Assembly: GCA_043228905.1 (NCBI GenBank) | Contig: JBHGNT010000001.1 | Span: 26,288,001 to 26,352,000, forward strand | Length of the DNA: 64,000 nucleotides | Direction: 5' to 3' | From: Azolla caroliniana | Lineage: Eukaryota > Plantae > Polypodiophyta | In this document: positions 41,960-54,795 of the stretch, piece after piece | Layout: every line of letters begins with the position of its first letter | Numbering within the stretch: the first letter of the stretch is position 1 | Made by a program: the position numbers and the translations under genes | The notes under the pieces: model-generated | What the model was told of the DNA's origin: nothing | The model's database searches: none | Seen by the model: only the letters and a program-made list of their open reading frames with translations

Positions 41960-42481
41960 CATCTATGATATAGATACATATAATCCATGTCGTGTGAGGT
42001 AGAAGCCAAGTTTGTGTGATGATCAAGAATTGTACTTGGTTGCAATCTATAGTGCACATTGTGATTGTGAGAGTGGTGCATGGAGTGCACCACCCCTTGA
42101 CCGCGCGAGGCGAGCAAACCCAATGTAGTCAAATTAGCATGCAACCACATTGTTTACTTGTCGGAGACTATGATTTTTTTCGAACTTGTTCACGCGCAAA
42201 ATATGTGCAGTCAATTATTTTTTTCTTCTTTACGGCCTTGTAACTCTTTCTTTCACATTGAAGAAGATGTTAGCAGTAATATGGAAGCAATGGTGTGGAT
42301 GGTGGACAAAGGGATGGGTTCTAGCATGTATTGACGAGTGTGGTTTGCCCATTTAGAGAAAAAGATGGGTTTGTAGTTTGGTGCAACACCTATAATATAA
42401 TGTAGAGATTGAATGCCCACATCTTTCCTAGGTTGTGATACATTAGTATCGAGAAAACCCTCATCCATGTAGGAAGGAGTC

Positions 42482-42484
<3 letters not shown>
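41960..42484 (-). mobile_element. Degenerate 3' fragment of the same LINE family as 50271-53575
   Basis: APNYKPIFF...NHTRQYMLEPIPLS matches APNYKTIFF...NRTHRYMLEPIPLS at 50700-50790; 42020-42085 resembles 50415-50485. Abuts a (GA)n tract at 42485-42518. Confidence 0.75.
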
Positions 42485-42523
<39 letters not shown>

Positions 42524-43494
42524 TTCATCGTTTGGATATTTTTTCTTGCCCCAATGAAATTGTAAGAAGTTTGTACGAGCAACTATTTTGAACCTTAAGC
42601 ATGTTTTAACAAACATTTTTTTGTGGCCATGATCGAAATGAGAAATGAAATCACCTCAAGGAGGGCGTGACGTTTGTTTCTTGACTCAAACTCTTTCCAA
42701 GGGAACTAAGGGGTGTTATTGCCCATACTTTTAAGTTCTACCCAATAGAGAAGCATTGGTGTCATCAAAGTGTCGAAATGGTATTTCTAGATGTTTCTTA
42801 AGGATTTAATGTTTAATTTAATATAGAATGTAAGTAGTTTTTGTGAAAAGAGAGGATTAAGATGAGGATCACATGGGTTGCATGAAACCGTCTTGCAACA
42901 TAAGTGCTTTGGGGAGTTGTAATATTTGGACTTATCCATACAAATGATGGACTATAGATTTTCGTAATTGCAACGCTTGTTTGCCCTCATAACGGTGGAT
43001 ATTTATTGTAGTAACATATTGTTACTAGTTAAATCATTGTCATGCCAATTATTTAGTGGAAATATTCTACTTAGATTTCGTTATCTCATTACACGAACAC
43101 TTTCTTTATTTGTATGGGCAACATCATCTTCTAGAGAGCATTGTAGCTCCTTGTAGGAGTTACCATTGTCTTCTTAATTATTATGTTTGGCATGGAAAGG
43201 AGAGATTGCACTCTTAGTTTAATTGTTTTTTCATTTGGGGGTCAAAGAGGTGGGAGATTTAGTTGAGATTTTATCTCGAAAACTTTTGAACATTATTAAG
43301 ACATGACCATTCTTATGCATCTTGCTCAATTATGGTTTTATTTGGAGTAACTGCAAAGTATATCATTAATGCAAGGTCCTTCGCTCATAGAAATTGAAGA
43401 TCAACCATGGGTTGATTGGTATTAACAAGGTCAAATTTTGTTTTTACAAGTGAATCTCTTGTATTATTGTTTACTTGAATATCTTTGATTTCTA

Positions 43495-44805
43495 TAATTT
43501 CTTAACCACTAGACCATCGAGACAATGGTCCATGAAAGCCAACAATAACAAATTAATTTTTGCAATTCTTTCAAACTAGAACACAACCACCTTTCTCTCT
43601 TGAATAACCAAGTGAAGGTTCAAATATGAATATCAGTAATGCAAATAATTCTAGGTTCCATCGAGACCTGAACTCGGTTACTATACTCTAACTCCAATTT
43701 CCAAAGTCTTGACCACTTGACATAGGACCAATTAAGTCTCAAATCATGAGATGAACATTAGAGAATTATGTTCAATTTTCAAACTTGACCATCTTTGCTC
43801 TTCGTCTATATTAACGCCTAGTCTTGACCACTTGACATAGGACCAATTAGGTCTCAAATCATGAGATGAACATTAGAGAATTACGTTCAATTTTCAAACT
43901 TGACCATCTTTGCTCTTGGTCTATATTAACGCCAAGTGAGGTTTGAATAGTTATTTGTCTAATGGTGCACATGGTTTCAAGTTCCACCGAACCTTGAACT
44001 CGAGTAGTTATTGGACTTTAAGTCCAATGTCCTAACCACTATACCGTGGTGAATTGATGAAAATTGTTCAATTGAAATTAATTTTCAAACTTTGACAAAA
44101 CCTTTCTCTATTGAATCTATAAATGTGACCAACAATGCAAATAATTTTAGGCTCCACCGAGACTTGAACTCAAGTTACTGTATTCATAATCCAATGTCCT
44201 AACAACTAGATTATAGAACTACCAACATTTTCAATAATGCAAATATTTTCAAACTACCGACCATATGAATCTATGATCTAAACATGCCAAAAAATTAAGG
44301 TTTGATCGAGAATTAAACTCTAGTGATTGGATTCATAGTCCAATGTCCTAACCACTACACCATGGAATCAACAAGGTTCATTTGTAGCGTTCCAACAAAT
44401 GCAACACTTGAAATTAATTTAACAACTATATTTCTCACTTGAACCTATACAAATGCCAACCAAAGTTCAAATAGGACCTACAGGATCCAACATTGCAACA
44501 CTAAAATTGGACCCATGGGACCCGACCTTGCAAACAATTTGATGTTTCACCGAGACTTGAACTCGAAATGTCCTAACAGTTAGACCATGGAACCCACCCA
44601 ACCTCAAATTAGTTTTCCCTGAATCTCTTGTGAATCTATAAGAATGCCATTTAAGGTTGAAATAGGACCAATGGGATCCAACATTGCAACACTTGAAATC
44701 AACCCATGGGATCCGACCTTGCAAAAAGTTTGAGGGTTTAGATCGAATTCAACATGTGAAAATAATTTAACAACCACTTGGGTTAACACTAGACCATGGA
44801 ACCCA
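43495..44805 (-). pseudogene. Tandem array of ~7 decayed tRNA-Gln copies with a shared spacer
   Basis: Repeated reverse-complement tRNA-Gln pieces (GGTTCCACCGAGACTTGAACTC...GTCCAATGTCCTAACCACTAGACCATGGAACC) at ~43500, 43653, 43980, 44149, 44298, 44543 and 44733. Confidence 0.8.
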
Positions 44806-44903
44806 CCAACCTCATTTTGGACTATTCCATTGAATCTCTTGTGAATCTATAGGAATGCGAAGTAAGGTTGAAAAAGGACCTATTGGAATGCCAACCATGC
44901 TTA

Positions 44904-46126
44904 TGTAGAGAATCGATCTGGCCACAACCGGTTATCACGTTGTCACGAAGATTCACGTGCGTGTCGTCTGGGCAGTACCACGAGGGTCTCGGACTAGGGA
45001 GAAGGAGAAAAGGAGGAGCTTACGCCGTCGAGTCCGGTTTCAGCCCTTTTACCACGTGGGTTCATGACCGATAGTTCCCATACAAACACAAAACACCGAG
45101 GGCCTAGAGACTCTAGGACTTTGATGAGAATGCATCCGAACACAAAAATGGATGACTTGACATCGACACGAAGAGAACAAAAGGAGTCGAGATCTAGACA
45201 CCATAGTATATACCAAAACAATTTCTTTATATAAGGCTCAAAGCCTTAATAGATTTACAACGATGGCGCTTAGGCTGGTCTCAACTATGCTAGATAAACA
45301 AGAGTGGTACAATAGAGAGGGATGGAGATGGGAATTTGTGACGACGATGACCACTAAACACGAGCACACCAAGCGTAACCTCAAATACAACGGGAGCACG
45401 AGCACACCACCACACACCACACGAACCGAGAACCATGTACTAGGAGAGCCAACTGCACCAACACCATAAACCTTAGACCATGAGAACGGTGAGCTCACAG
45501 ACTCGCAAGGACGAACACTGGCATTGACACCGTCGACCGAGAACCACCCGAACGGCAAGCACACAGGCTCACAACGATGAACGGGGGCTTGCAACGCCAG
45601 ACCAACGAGCCTTGGGCTCACAAGCTCCACAAACGACCCGAGCACCTCGAGCGCCAACACCAACATAAGGCCACAGACACACCTCAAAGATGAGAGTGTG
45701 TGTGAGAGAGATCAAGAACCCATAAGAACCTCCAAATGACCAAGAAGAGGAAGAAGTATCGAAACCTGAACTCTAGCTTGAAGAAGATGAGAAAGAACTC
45801 ATTAGCTCTAAACCCAACAGAAAGTAGAAGAAAAGAAAAACAAGAAAACCCTAATGATGCACTTCCCAAAACCCTAGAAATCAAAGAGAAGAAGATAAAT
45901 CTCCAAACCCTAAAGGTCTACCTCTAAAACCCAAAAGAAAAACATGGCCCCCCTATGAGCCCCCCTCGACCTCCTTTTATAGGAAGAAAAAAGGAAGGGG
46001 GTTCGCCACATTGTCTTAAATGCAAAAGGAATAAAATTCCTTAAATCACGCTACATTGTCAAGGCGGATTTGAACCGTGCACAGTGAGCTAAGAGTCAAT
46101 ATGTCTATCCACTAGCCATTAACTCT
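44904..46126 (-). mobile_element. LTR-like segment (probable Gypsy LTR) interrupting the tRNA array, itself interrupted by a Copia
   Basis: Abrupt break of the tRNA repeat at TGTAGAG; TATA-like CCTATAAAAGG on - strand (~45973-45983); non-coding. Other end not identified. Confidence 0.45.
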
Positions 46127-46131
46127 CTATT

Positions 46132-46204
46132 TGTAAAGAATCGAGAGAGATTTAGTGCAACGGAGATGATTGTGTGTGTGTGTGTGTGTGTGCATGTAAG
46201 ACAC

Positions 46205-46249
<45 letters not shown>

Positions 46250-49200
46250 TACTAAGTTACAAAGGGTTGGTTTAAATACCAACTAGGCTAGGGCAAGTGC
46301 CCTTTCAACTATTTACAAAACTAGGATGGTGTGTCCATGAGCTAGTGTGAAACCTATCTCTATGGGAAGTTGAGTTCAACTCTCAACACGCCCCTTCGAA
46401 CACAACTTCCATCTGTCGAAAAGTTGTTTTGGTTCGGTCTTTGGAGTACTTCGATTCAAATGAACCGACTTCCGGCTTTCATAATCCTACTCATCCGAAC
46501 TCTTGTTCGGCTTTTTGGCTTTATGCTCCTTGTTCGGTTCGACTGCTGCCATCGTACTTCGAATGATCTGGTTGTCTTCGATCAACTGATCGACTACTTC
46601 TGTGTTGGTTGCTTATCTACTATTTCCGTGTCGCCTGTTGTACTCCCCCTCAAGCTCGGCAATGTGGATATTGTGAGACCAAGGTCGGATGCGAATTGCT
46701 CGAGCTTGTCGACACCTAAGGACTTCGTAAAGATATCAATAACTTGAGGTGCATACTGATGTGTTGTAGATCGATTTTGCCGGCCTGAACGCACTCGCGA
46801 ATGAAGTGGTCGTACACTTCGATGTGTTTAGTCTGCGCGTGAAATATGGGGTTGCGAGCTAGGTAGATACTGCTCATGTTGTCGTAGTATAAGTAAATCA
46901 GATCTTTGATGGGTACGCCTAGATCCTTTAGTACGCGCTTCAGCCATACGGCTTCGCATGCAGTGACTGCCACACCCCTGTATTCAGCCTCCGTGCTCGA
47001 TAGTGCGACTATCAATTAGTTCTTGCTGCTCCACAAGATCGCTCCGTTGCCGAGGGAGAAGATGAATCCGGATGTCGATCATCTATCGTCCTTATATCTG
47101 GCCAAGTCTGTGTCTGTGTACCTTTCGAGTCGAATAAGCATTTTCAACTTGTACATAATGCCGTAATCCATCGTACCACTGACATACCGAAGTATCCTCT
47201 TAGCGCAATTGAGATGGAGATTTTGTGGGTTCTGCATGAATTGGCTAAGTAGGCCGACAAAATACCTGAGGTTAGGTCGTGTGATGGTTAGGTAGATGAG
47301 GTTGCCGATTAGTTGGCGATACTGAGTTGGCTCACACTTGGCTGTGCCGGAATCGACATCAAGCTTGAGATTACTGTCAAGAGCAACAGACACAGGTGTG
47401 TACTCGGTCATTCTGAACTTGTAGAGTAAGTTGAGAAGGTAGTGCCATTGAGATCAAGATCGTGACTGGTGTACGAATTACTTTGATGCCAAGGAAGTAA
47501 TGGAGCTCTTGCATATCTTTCATTTCAAATTTGCTGGATAGGAGTGATTTCATTGTATTGACTTTGCCTAAATTTAGTACTCCGACGACCAAATAGTCCA
47601 CGTATAGGATGATGACAATCTGGTTGTTCGACTCGTTTCGGATGTACAGGGAGTTGTCCGATTTCGACATTCGAAATCCGATTTGGTGAAGATACTGCGT
47701 GATCTTTGAATGCCAACCATGCGGTGCTTGCTTAAGACCATAGATTGGCTTCTTAAGTCGGCACACGACTTTTGGATGATTACACGATTCAAAGCCGGGT
47801 GGTTGTACCATCTATACCTCCTCTTCCAATTCGCCTTGAAGAAAGGCGTTCTTGACATCCATCTGGTGGAAGTGCCACCCTTTCGTTGCTGCGAGTGCAA
47901 TCATGGTTTGCAATGCTGTCATCTTTGCCACCTGGGCGAAGGTCTCTTCGTAGTCAACTCCATGTTTTTGTGCGCATCCCTTCACTACGAGTCGTGCTTT
48001 GAAGCGATTTACGGAGCCGTCGGCATTGTGTTTCACTTTGTAAATCCATTTGCATCCAATCGCTTTCTTGTGCGGAGACTGAGGAATGAGATCCCATGTC
48101 TCGTTTTTGCATAAGGCTTGCATTTCTTTATTCATCGCGTTGACCCATATGGGGACCTTCGCGGCTTTGGAAAACGTTTCCGGCTCCCGTACTGTCGTTA
48201 CCTTCATCATAAAGTCATAATGGTACGCCGTTTTGCTGAGGTGTGTGCTGGCATGAGAATTCTTGTCGAATTTCTTCCTTTCGGATATATGCCGTAAATT
48301 CGTTCGAGAAGTATTCTTTGCCTCCATTTGATCGAAGACATCGTACGTGCCGTCCCGTAGCCTTTTCAACTTCGTTTTTGAACCTTTGGAAGTGGTCGAA
48401 CACTTCACTCTTGTGTTTCATTGGGTAGATCCAGGTGTGCCTGGAGAAGTCGTCGATGAACGTGACATAATATCGGCATCCGCTGAATGTGGCTGTCTAT
48501 GTTAGATCCCATACATCTGAATGTACGACATCCAGGATCCTTTTGCTCACATTCTGCTCTTTTGGAAATGGAGGTCGGAGTTGTTTTCCGAACTGACACG
48601 CCTCGCATACGCCCGCAATCTCCTTCTTGGTAATGTTCGGGAGTCCGATTACGACTCCTTTTGATTGCATATTCTAGAGCTTCTACAGGTTGATGTGGCC
48701 AATTCGCTTGTGCCACAGTTTCAAGTCAGTTTCGACTTTGATGCCATTAGCAAACATAGCGGACTTCACCTTGCTCGATTGGAGGATAAACATTTGGCCT
48801 TCTCGACGACCGTGAGCTACGACTCGATCATCTTTTTCAATGAAGCATCCGTTAATGTTGAATCGTATTTGCATGCCTTGTTCGACAATCTAGCCAACCG
48901 AGACTAGGTTTTTCGTGATGGTTGGGACATGCATGAATTTTTTGAGGTAGGTTTGTTTGCCGTCGTTTCCGAATGGGACGTTCCCGATATGCCGTATTGA
49001 ATGAGTCGTGTCATCGCTTGTTTCGAAATATCCAAGCTGTTCGGGCTTTCATAATTCTCGGAACCAATCTTCATGAGATGTCACATGATCGGAATGAACC
49101 ATACATTATCTGAGGGCGTGGTGCTTGTTTCACCTTGTGTCGCCATTGAGTGCACTTTGTGCCTCATCATGAACATTCCACTACGATCGTCGTAGTTGGA

Positions 49201-50270
49201 ATTTGATGCGTAATTCGTGAATTGGCGACTGGTCGAAGTGGAGTCTCGCTTCTTCTTTCGACACTTCTCTTCGTAGTGGCCAAGTTTTCTATAGTACCTG
49301 CATTCGATCGGGCTGTTACGATTGCTTGGTTTGGCAGGATGGGTCCCCCTTCTTCCAAACACTCTGCCTTGTGTGTTTGACGCGTCTTGTCGGTAGTAGA
49401 AGTTTTGTTCACAGGGTTGCTCTTGGTTGTGTAGGTCTTGTCTGAATTGGCCACTATTTCCTTGACCTTGTCCTCTTCCTCCATCGAGGTTCGAATAGAG
49501 CATTTGAAAATCATGTGAGTTGTTCCTTTGTCGTGATTTTCTTCGACCAACAGTATCGACTGGAGATCGAAGGAGGGAGGATTCTCTCTCGCGAGAATGA
49601 CCAACCTTATTGCGCTGAATCGAGGTGCCAAGGCTCTAAGGCATATTTGCACCATTTCTTCATCATCGATGACGACATTAATCGACCTGAGGGCATCGCA
49701 CAGCTCCTTGATCTTCAAGGTGTAGGTGCCGATTGACATGTCCCTCTATTGAATACTATTTAGCTCTATCGAAGTTGGAGCTTACATGCAACCGTGTTGG
49801 TTGCGAAAATCTTCTTGAGATTGCCCCACGCCTCTTTCAACATTTTCGACTCTCGAATGTAGCTGAGCATGTGATCATGAACGCATGATGCAAGGCTATA
49901 TAACACACGGCTCACGGCCTGCTCCCAAGTTGGGTACTCAGCGTGTGTTGGGTTGAGTTGTGTTTTGTGGGCACCTTGAATATAGCTCCAGTAGCCTTGT
50001 CCGACAAGGTATTGATGCATCTTGTACTCCCAAGATGTGAAGTTTGTTCGATCTAGCTTCTCTATAGGAAGAGCGCTTCCCATTTGAGTGTTCATGATTT
50101 TGATTTCTCCTCTGTTGCGTGAACCGGTTCTGATGATTGTCGGTGTTGTGATCACAACACAGCTGAGCGAGTTTTATCAGATAACCACACGCTCTGATAC
50201 CATGTAAAGAATCGAGAGAGATTTAGTGCAGTGGAAGATGACTGTGTGTGTGTGCACATAAGACACGCAG

Positions 50271-50326
<56 letters not shown>

Positions 50327-53300
50327 TATATTATCGTCTTCGGAGGTCAAATATGACCTATGAGACCAAAAATATTACATTTCACGTGATACGTGTGAAA
50401 GTGAGTAGTGACTCTCGATGTTCAAGAACTTTACCAATGAATGTTGCAATCAAGAGTGCACATTGCGGTTGTGAGAGGAATTCATGCAAAGATTGGGCTT
50501 GGTCGAAAAGATGTGGAAAGCATGGTCGAATATGATCAAAGGTAGAGCATTGTATCAAAGTGTGATACTCAGACTCACGAACTTGTTTAGGGCAAAGTGT
50601 GCATAGACGACCACTCTCATCACTTGTGCCCCAACGCCCTGTTTCACATCGTAATGCATGTGAGCTAAGTCGCATGGAAGCAATGGTTCAAATGGCAGAT
50701 AACGGTATGGGCTCTAACATGTATCGATGTGTACGATTTCCCCGTTCCGCAAAGAATATGGTTTTGTAGTTAGGTGCAACATGTGTAGTATAATGTGTGA
50801 AGCGCGAGCCTCCACATTTGTCCCATGTCATGATACATTGGCGTTGCAAAAAGGATTCATTTACAGAGGAATCTAATGAATCCAAAAGACGCATAAAAGC
50901 AAGTATTTGCAAAAAGCACTACATCGTCTGCATATAGCAAAAGCATAATCACAACATTCCCAATGGTAACTTCTTCAACACATTCTTCCTTTGCAAACTT
51001 GGTAACCATTTCTTCCAATTCATCAATGCATAGACCAAATAGTGTTGGTGAGAGTGGGCATCCTTGCTCAACACCAATAGTGCTTTTGAAAAAATCTGAA
51101 AATTTATCTCTCATGCGCACACAACATATAACCTTCTCATAAATTCGGGAAATTGCAAGCATATATTCACTTGGCACCTCGAGTTCTTCCATTCGCCTCC
51201 AAAGATGCTCACGAGGTACCATATCAAAAGCTTTCTTGAAGTCTACAAAGCAACAATATAACCCTTTACCTCTAAGGCGACTTTCCTCCATTTATACTCG
51301 AAGGGTGATAAGGTGATCAATGGTGCTATGGTGTTTCCGAAAGCCACCTTGTCCATAAGCTCTCTTACCATTTTTTTTAGCCCATACACTTATCTTTGAT
51401 TCCATTATACATCCAAATAGTTTTGCCATTAATGAGCCAACCATGATGGTTCGATCGTTGTTTACATTATTTACATCTCCACCTTTATATAAAGGTTTGA
51501 TGCAAGTTGTAGTCCAATCGTAAGGCATACCATGTTGCAATGCATCCATATATGTGCTTCCTTTCCAGTCCATTTGAGCATTTCAACCTTTATACATTGA
51601 AGATCGCTTGCCTTTCGAGAGGCCAATTTCTTAAGTCCTATACATATATCTTCAATTGTAAAGAAGGGAGGCATATGTGAAAGAGAACCATAACACATCA
51701 TCTTTCTGGCAAGAGATAACTCGTATAAATTCTTACAATGCATAGACAAGTCGTGAAGAGTTAAGTCACCATAACTCTCAACACGTTTCCCCTTAAGATT
51801 TCCCCAAAATTTAGCACATGCATGTGCTTTCTCTTGCGTTTGGATAAATTGTTGAGTAACTTCCCATAGTCTTCTCTTTCTTTGAATAAGCCTTTTATAC
51901 TCATGCAAATGCTTTTGGTAATTCTCTTTATCCTTAACTACATCCAAAACCATAAGACACTTTCGAGCTTCATGACATTCTTTATCAAACCATTTTTTCC
52001 TAAGTTTCTTGGTGCATTTCCAAGATGTGCGGTTGGACGAAAAACAATTGTTTGTACAGGAGAGAATGACTTTCTTGAAAGCTTCCCATTTGCATTCTAG
52101 TGTGACACCATGTTGTATCTCTGTCATTTGTAACATATCCTCAACCATCTTGGAATACATGGGTGCTCGCTTAAGGTTCATGCTCAACTGCGATTGATTA
52201 TTATCTTCAATAGCCTTCTCACAATCAAACCTATGCATACATTTGAGATCAATACATAAAGGCCTATGATCGGATTCCGGTGTCCATTCACCAAGTGAGA
52301 ATTTACGTATACGATCCCAAATACCTTCGGAAAGTAGCACATAGTCAATCACACTATTTCCGTTGTGTTTTCTACATGTAAAACCATTAGTGTTGGGCCA
52401 TAAGGAAATACCATTTGCAATAAGCAATCCGGTACTATTGCACATTTGTAGGAGTAACTTCCCAAATTGGTCCGGATCTTTTTCATCGCTAGAAGAGCGG
52501 TTATACATTTGCATATCCTCTTGCATCCTTGAGATATGTGGCATGAAAGATTCTTGTGAATCAAGTTGGAAACTTCTTGTACGAGCATTCATGTCACCAA
52601 AGACAATAACTTCCCCTTTGGATTTGAAATAAGCAATATCATCTTCTAGATTGGCAAACGGTTGATCTTTATCCAAACAAGCATAAAAGTTAGAATCTTG
52701 ATGAGGAATGTAACATCCAACTACAAAAGTGGGCAAATCATTAGGTGTTTCTATTTTGAGCCATATGTAGCATTTATGTTCATCATTTTTTATGATTGAC
52801 ACATATTTCTCTATTTCCTTCTTAATCAAACATGCCACCCCTCCTTATCCTCTTCTTTGTCTTGGATTTTTCTTCCATATCAAAGAGTGTACATTATAGT
52901 TTCCTAAACCTTGAATCCTTTGAGTATCATGCTCCCATGTTTCAACAAGAAGTGTGATATCCGAGTCATCGGTGAATTCCTCTATGCCAAATCCTGCATT
53001 CCATGGGTATCCATTGCAATTCCAAAAGCATAGTTGTAAAAGGCGTGGGTTAGTCTCATAGATCACGTGTCCCTATTTGCCTACATTTTCATCTTTAGGC
53101 ACATCCTTGACATTATTTTTCAATCTTTCTTCATATGCTTTATGACGAGCATTTTGTTGTGAGATAGTACGATCTTCACTCACAAAGCATTGCGTACCTT
53201 TGAGGTATACCCAACTATTTTCGAGTATGATCCGCTGCTTTGTATCATCTGTCATTGTGCATACAATAGGCCTTTCTTTGGAGTGAGTAACACCATGTTT

Positions 53301-53724
53301 CCTAACTCGGTGTGCCCCATATACATTCACATCTGACATCCCATAATGCATGCTAAAAATTCACCAATGGCCTTTCCGAGGGATGCGGGTGTTTCCATAC
53401 TCTCTTCTTTAATCCCATGGACGACAATGTTCTTTGATCGTCATTCACGTTCTTTCAATTCTCGGACATCTATGCTTTCTATATTCTTCTCTTGATGTAT
53501 CACATGCATATTGGATGAGTTTGATAGCACATCCCCACCACATACATCGGCCCATGACTTCGTTGTACATACATCAACTACTAAGTTACAAAGGGTTGGT
53601 TTAAATACCAACTAGGCTAGGGCAAGTGCCTTTTCAACTATTTACAAAACTAGCCTGGGGTGTCCATGACTCATGAGCTAGTGTGAAACCTATCTCTATG
53701 GGAAGTTGAGTTTGACTCTCAACA
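46132..53724 (-). mobile_element. Full-length, mutated Ty1/Copia; 3' LTR 46132-46388, 5' LTR 50203-53724 (split by a LINE), TSD CTATT
   Basis: TG...CA LTRs; CTATT at 46127-46131 and 53725-53729; tRNA-Met PBS TGGTATCAGAGC (50202-50191); PPT next to 46388; frameshifted gag (MNTQMGS...), GAG-pre-integrase (LWHKRIGH), integrase, RT (HQMDVKNAFLQG) and RNase H (ALSSTEAEY). Confidence 0.96.
50271..53575 (-). mobile_element. LINE (RTEX/CR1-L2-like) with ORF1 remnant, APE endonuclease, RT and C-terminal Cys/His motif, (TATC)n tail, nested in the Copia LTR
   Basis: WNCNG, LVETW, GDMNAR, SVIDY, SDHRP (APE); WFDKEC; FVDFKKAFD, QGCPLSPTLF, LYADD (RT); LRCETGRW...RLCTLC...ESEYHTLIQC. (GATA)n at 50271-50326. 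Frameshifts and an internal deletion after YADD. Confidence 0.9.
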
Positions 53725-53819
53725 CTATTATATATAATATAATCCTATGTCTACAAATCCACAACTTGTCTCCTCTCTATTTTTCATCTCTCCTCTCTCT
53801 TACTTTTCATCTCCGAACA

Positions 53820-54190
53820 GAATGACTAAAGTAGGATGAGTACAACGCACGACAACGACCTTGGGCTCACCTTTGTCTCACAAACGGCAGCAGAGTTACA
53901 ACTCTAACTCACACACATGCACACTCTCTCAGCTACAGTGGCAACTACCAATAGTAACTATACAATAATTATGATCAACTACATATAACATAATGAATGC
54001 CCTAGTTGTATTTATACTAATACAACATTCACGGCTATTTACAAATATAGCTCACAAGGGCTCATTAAATATATTTACAGATATAACCCCGAGTCGGCTT
54101 CAACCATTTCGATTCGAATTCGATGATACGATCACAATCGAATCGAACAATTGGTTTGATTTTTCGACCGATTCGATTCTCCCTTTACTT
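53820..54190 (-). mobile_element. Partial/solo LTR related to the Copia LTR at 60470-61051
   Basis: Shared motifs CAACGACCT.GG.CTCAC and GCCCTA...TATTTATACTAATA...CGGCTATTTACAAAT.TAGC. Confidence 0.55.
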
Positions 54191-54354
54191 TGACCCACAA
54201 ACCTCAACTTTAAGAGTTCCATCATATGCAACATACTCTTATTTCTCGCTTGAATATTAGGAATGTAAACCAATGTTCAAATAATAGAACATACGGGATC
54301 CAACATTGCAAAGCTGAAATTGAACCCATGGGATCCAACCCCACAAAGAGTTTG

Positions 54355-54426
54355 AGGTTCCACCGAGACTTGAACTCGGGTTATGGGATTCAAAGTCCAA
54401 TGTCCTAACCGCTAGACCATGGAACC
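54355..54426 (-). tRNA. trnQ: tRNA-Gln(TTG), near-intact
   Basis: 72 nt GGTTCCATGGTCTAGCGGTTAGGACATTGGACTTTGAATCCCATAACCCGAGTTCAAGTCTCGGTGGAACCT. Perfect acceptor and T stems, one mismatch in the anticodon stem. Confidence 0.8.
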
Positions 54427-54581
54427 CATGGGATTAAGGTGAGTTATTGGATTCCAAATAAACCGCTAAACCATGGAACCTACAAGTGTCAACACACTCT
54501 TATTTCTCTCTTGAATCTATAGGAATGCCAACCAGGGTTCAAATAAGACCTAGGGGATACAACATTGCAGAGCCGAAATTG

Positions 54582-54653
54582 AGGTTCCATCGAGACTTGA
54601 ACTCGGGTGAATGGATTCAGAGTCCAATGTCCTAACTGCTAAACCATGGAACC
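54582..54653 (-). tRNA. trnQ: tRNA-Gln(CTG), probable pseudogene
   Basis: 72 nt, anticodon loop CTCTGAA; mismatch in T stem (CCGAG/CTCGA) and changes in the D arm. Truncated copies at ~54437-54480 and ~54665-54723. Confidence 0.65.
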
Positions 54654-54795
54654 CATGGGATTAAGGCCAGTTATTGGCCTTAATTATGTATATACAATGT
54701 CATAACAACTAGACCATGGAACCCACAAGCGTCAACTTTAAGAGTTCCATCATATGCAACACGCTCTTATTTCTCTCTTGAATCTATAGGAATGC

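Noticed and set aside
43495-44805. CRISPR-like repeat-spacer array
   Set aside because: Repeats are tRNA-Gln derived, spacers resemble each other, the context is eukaryotic and there are no cas genes.
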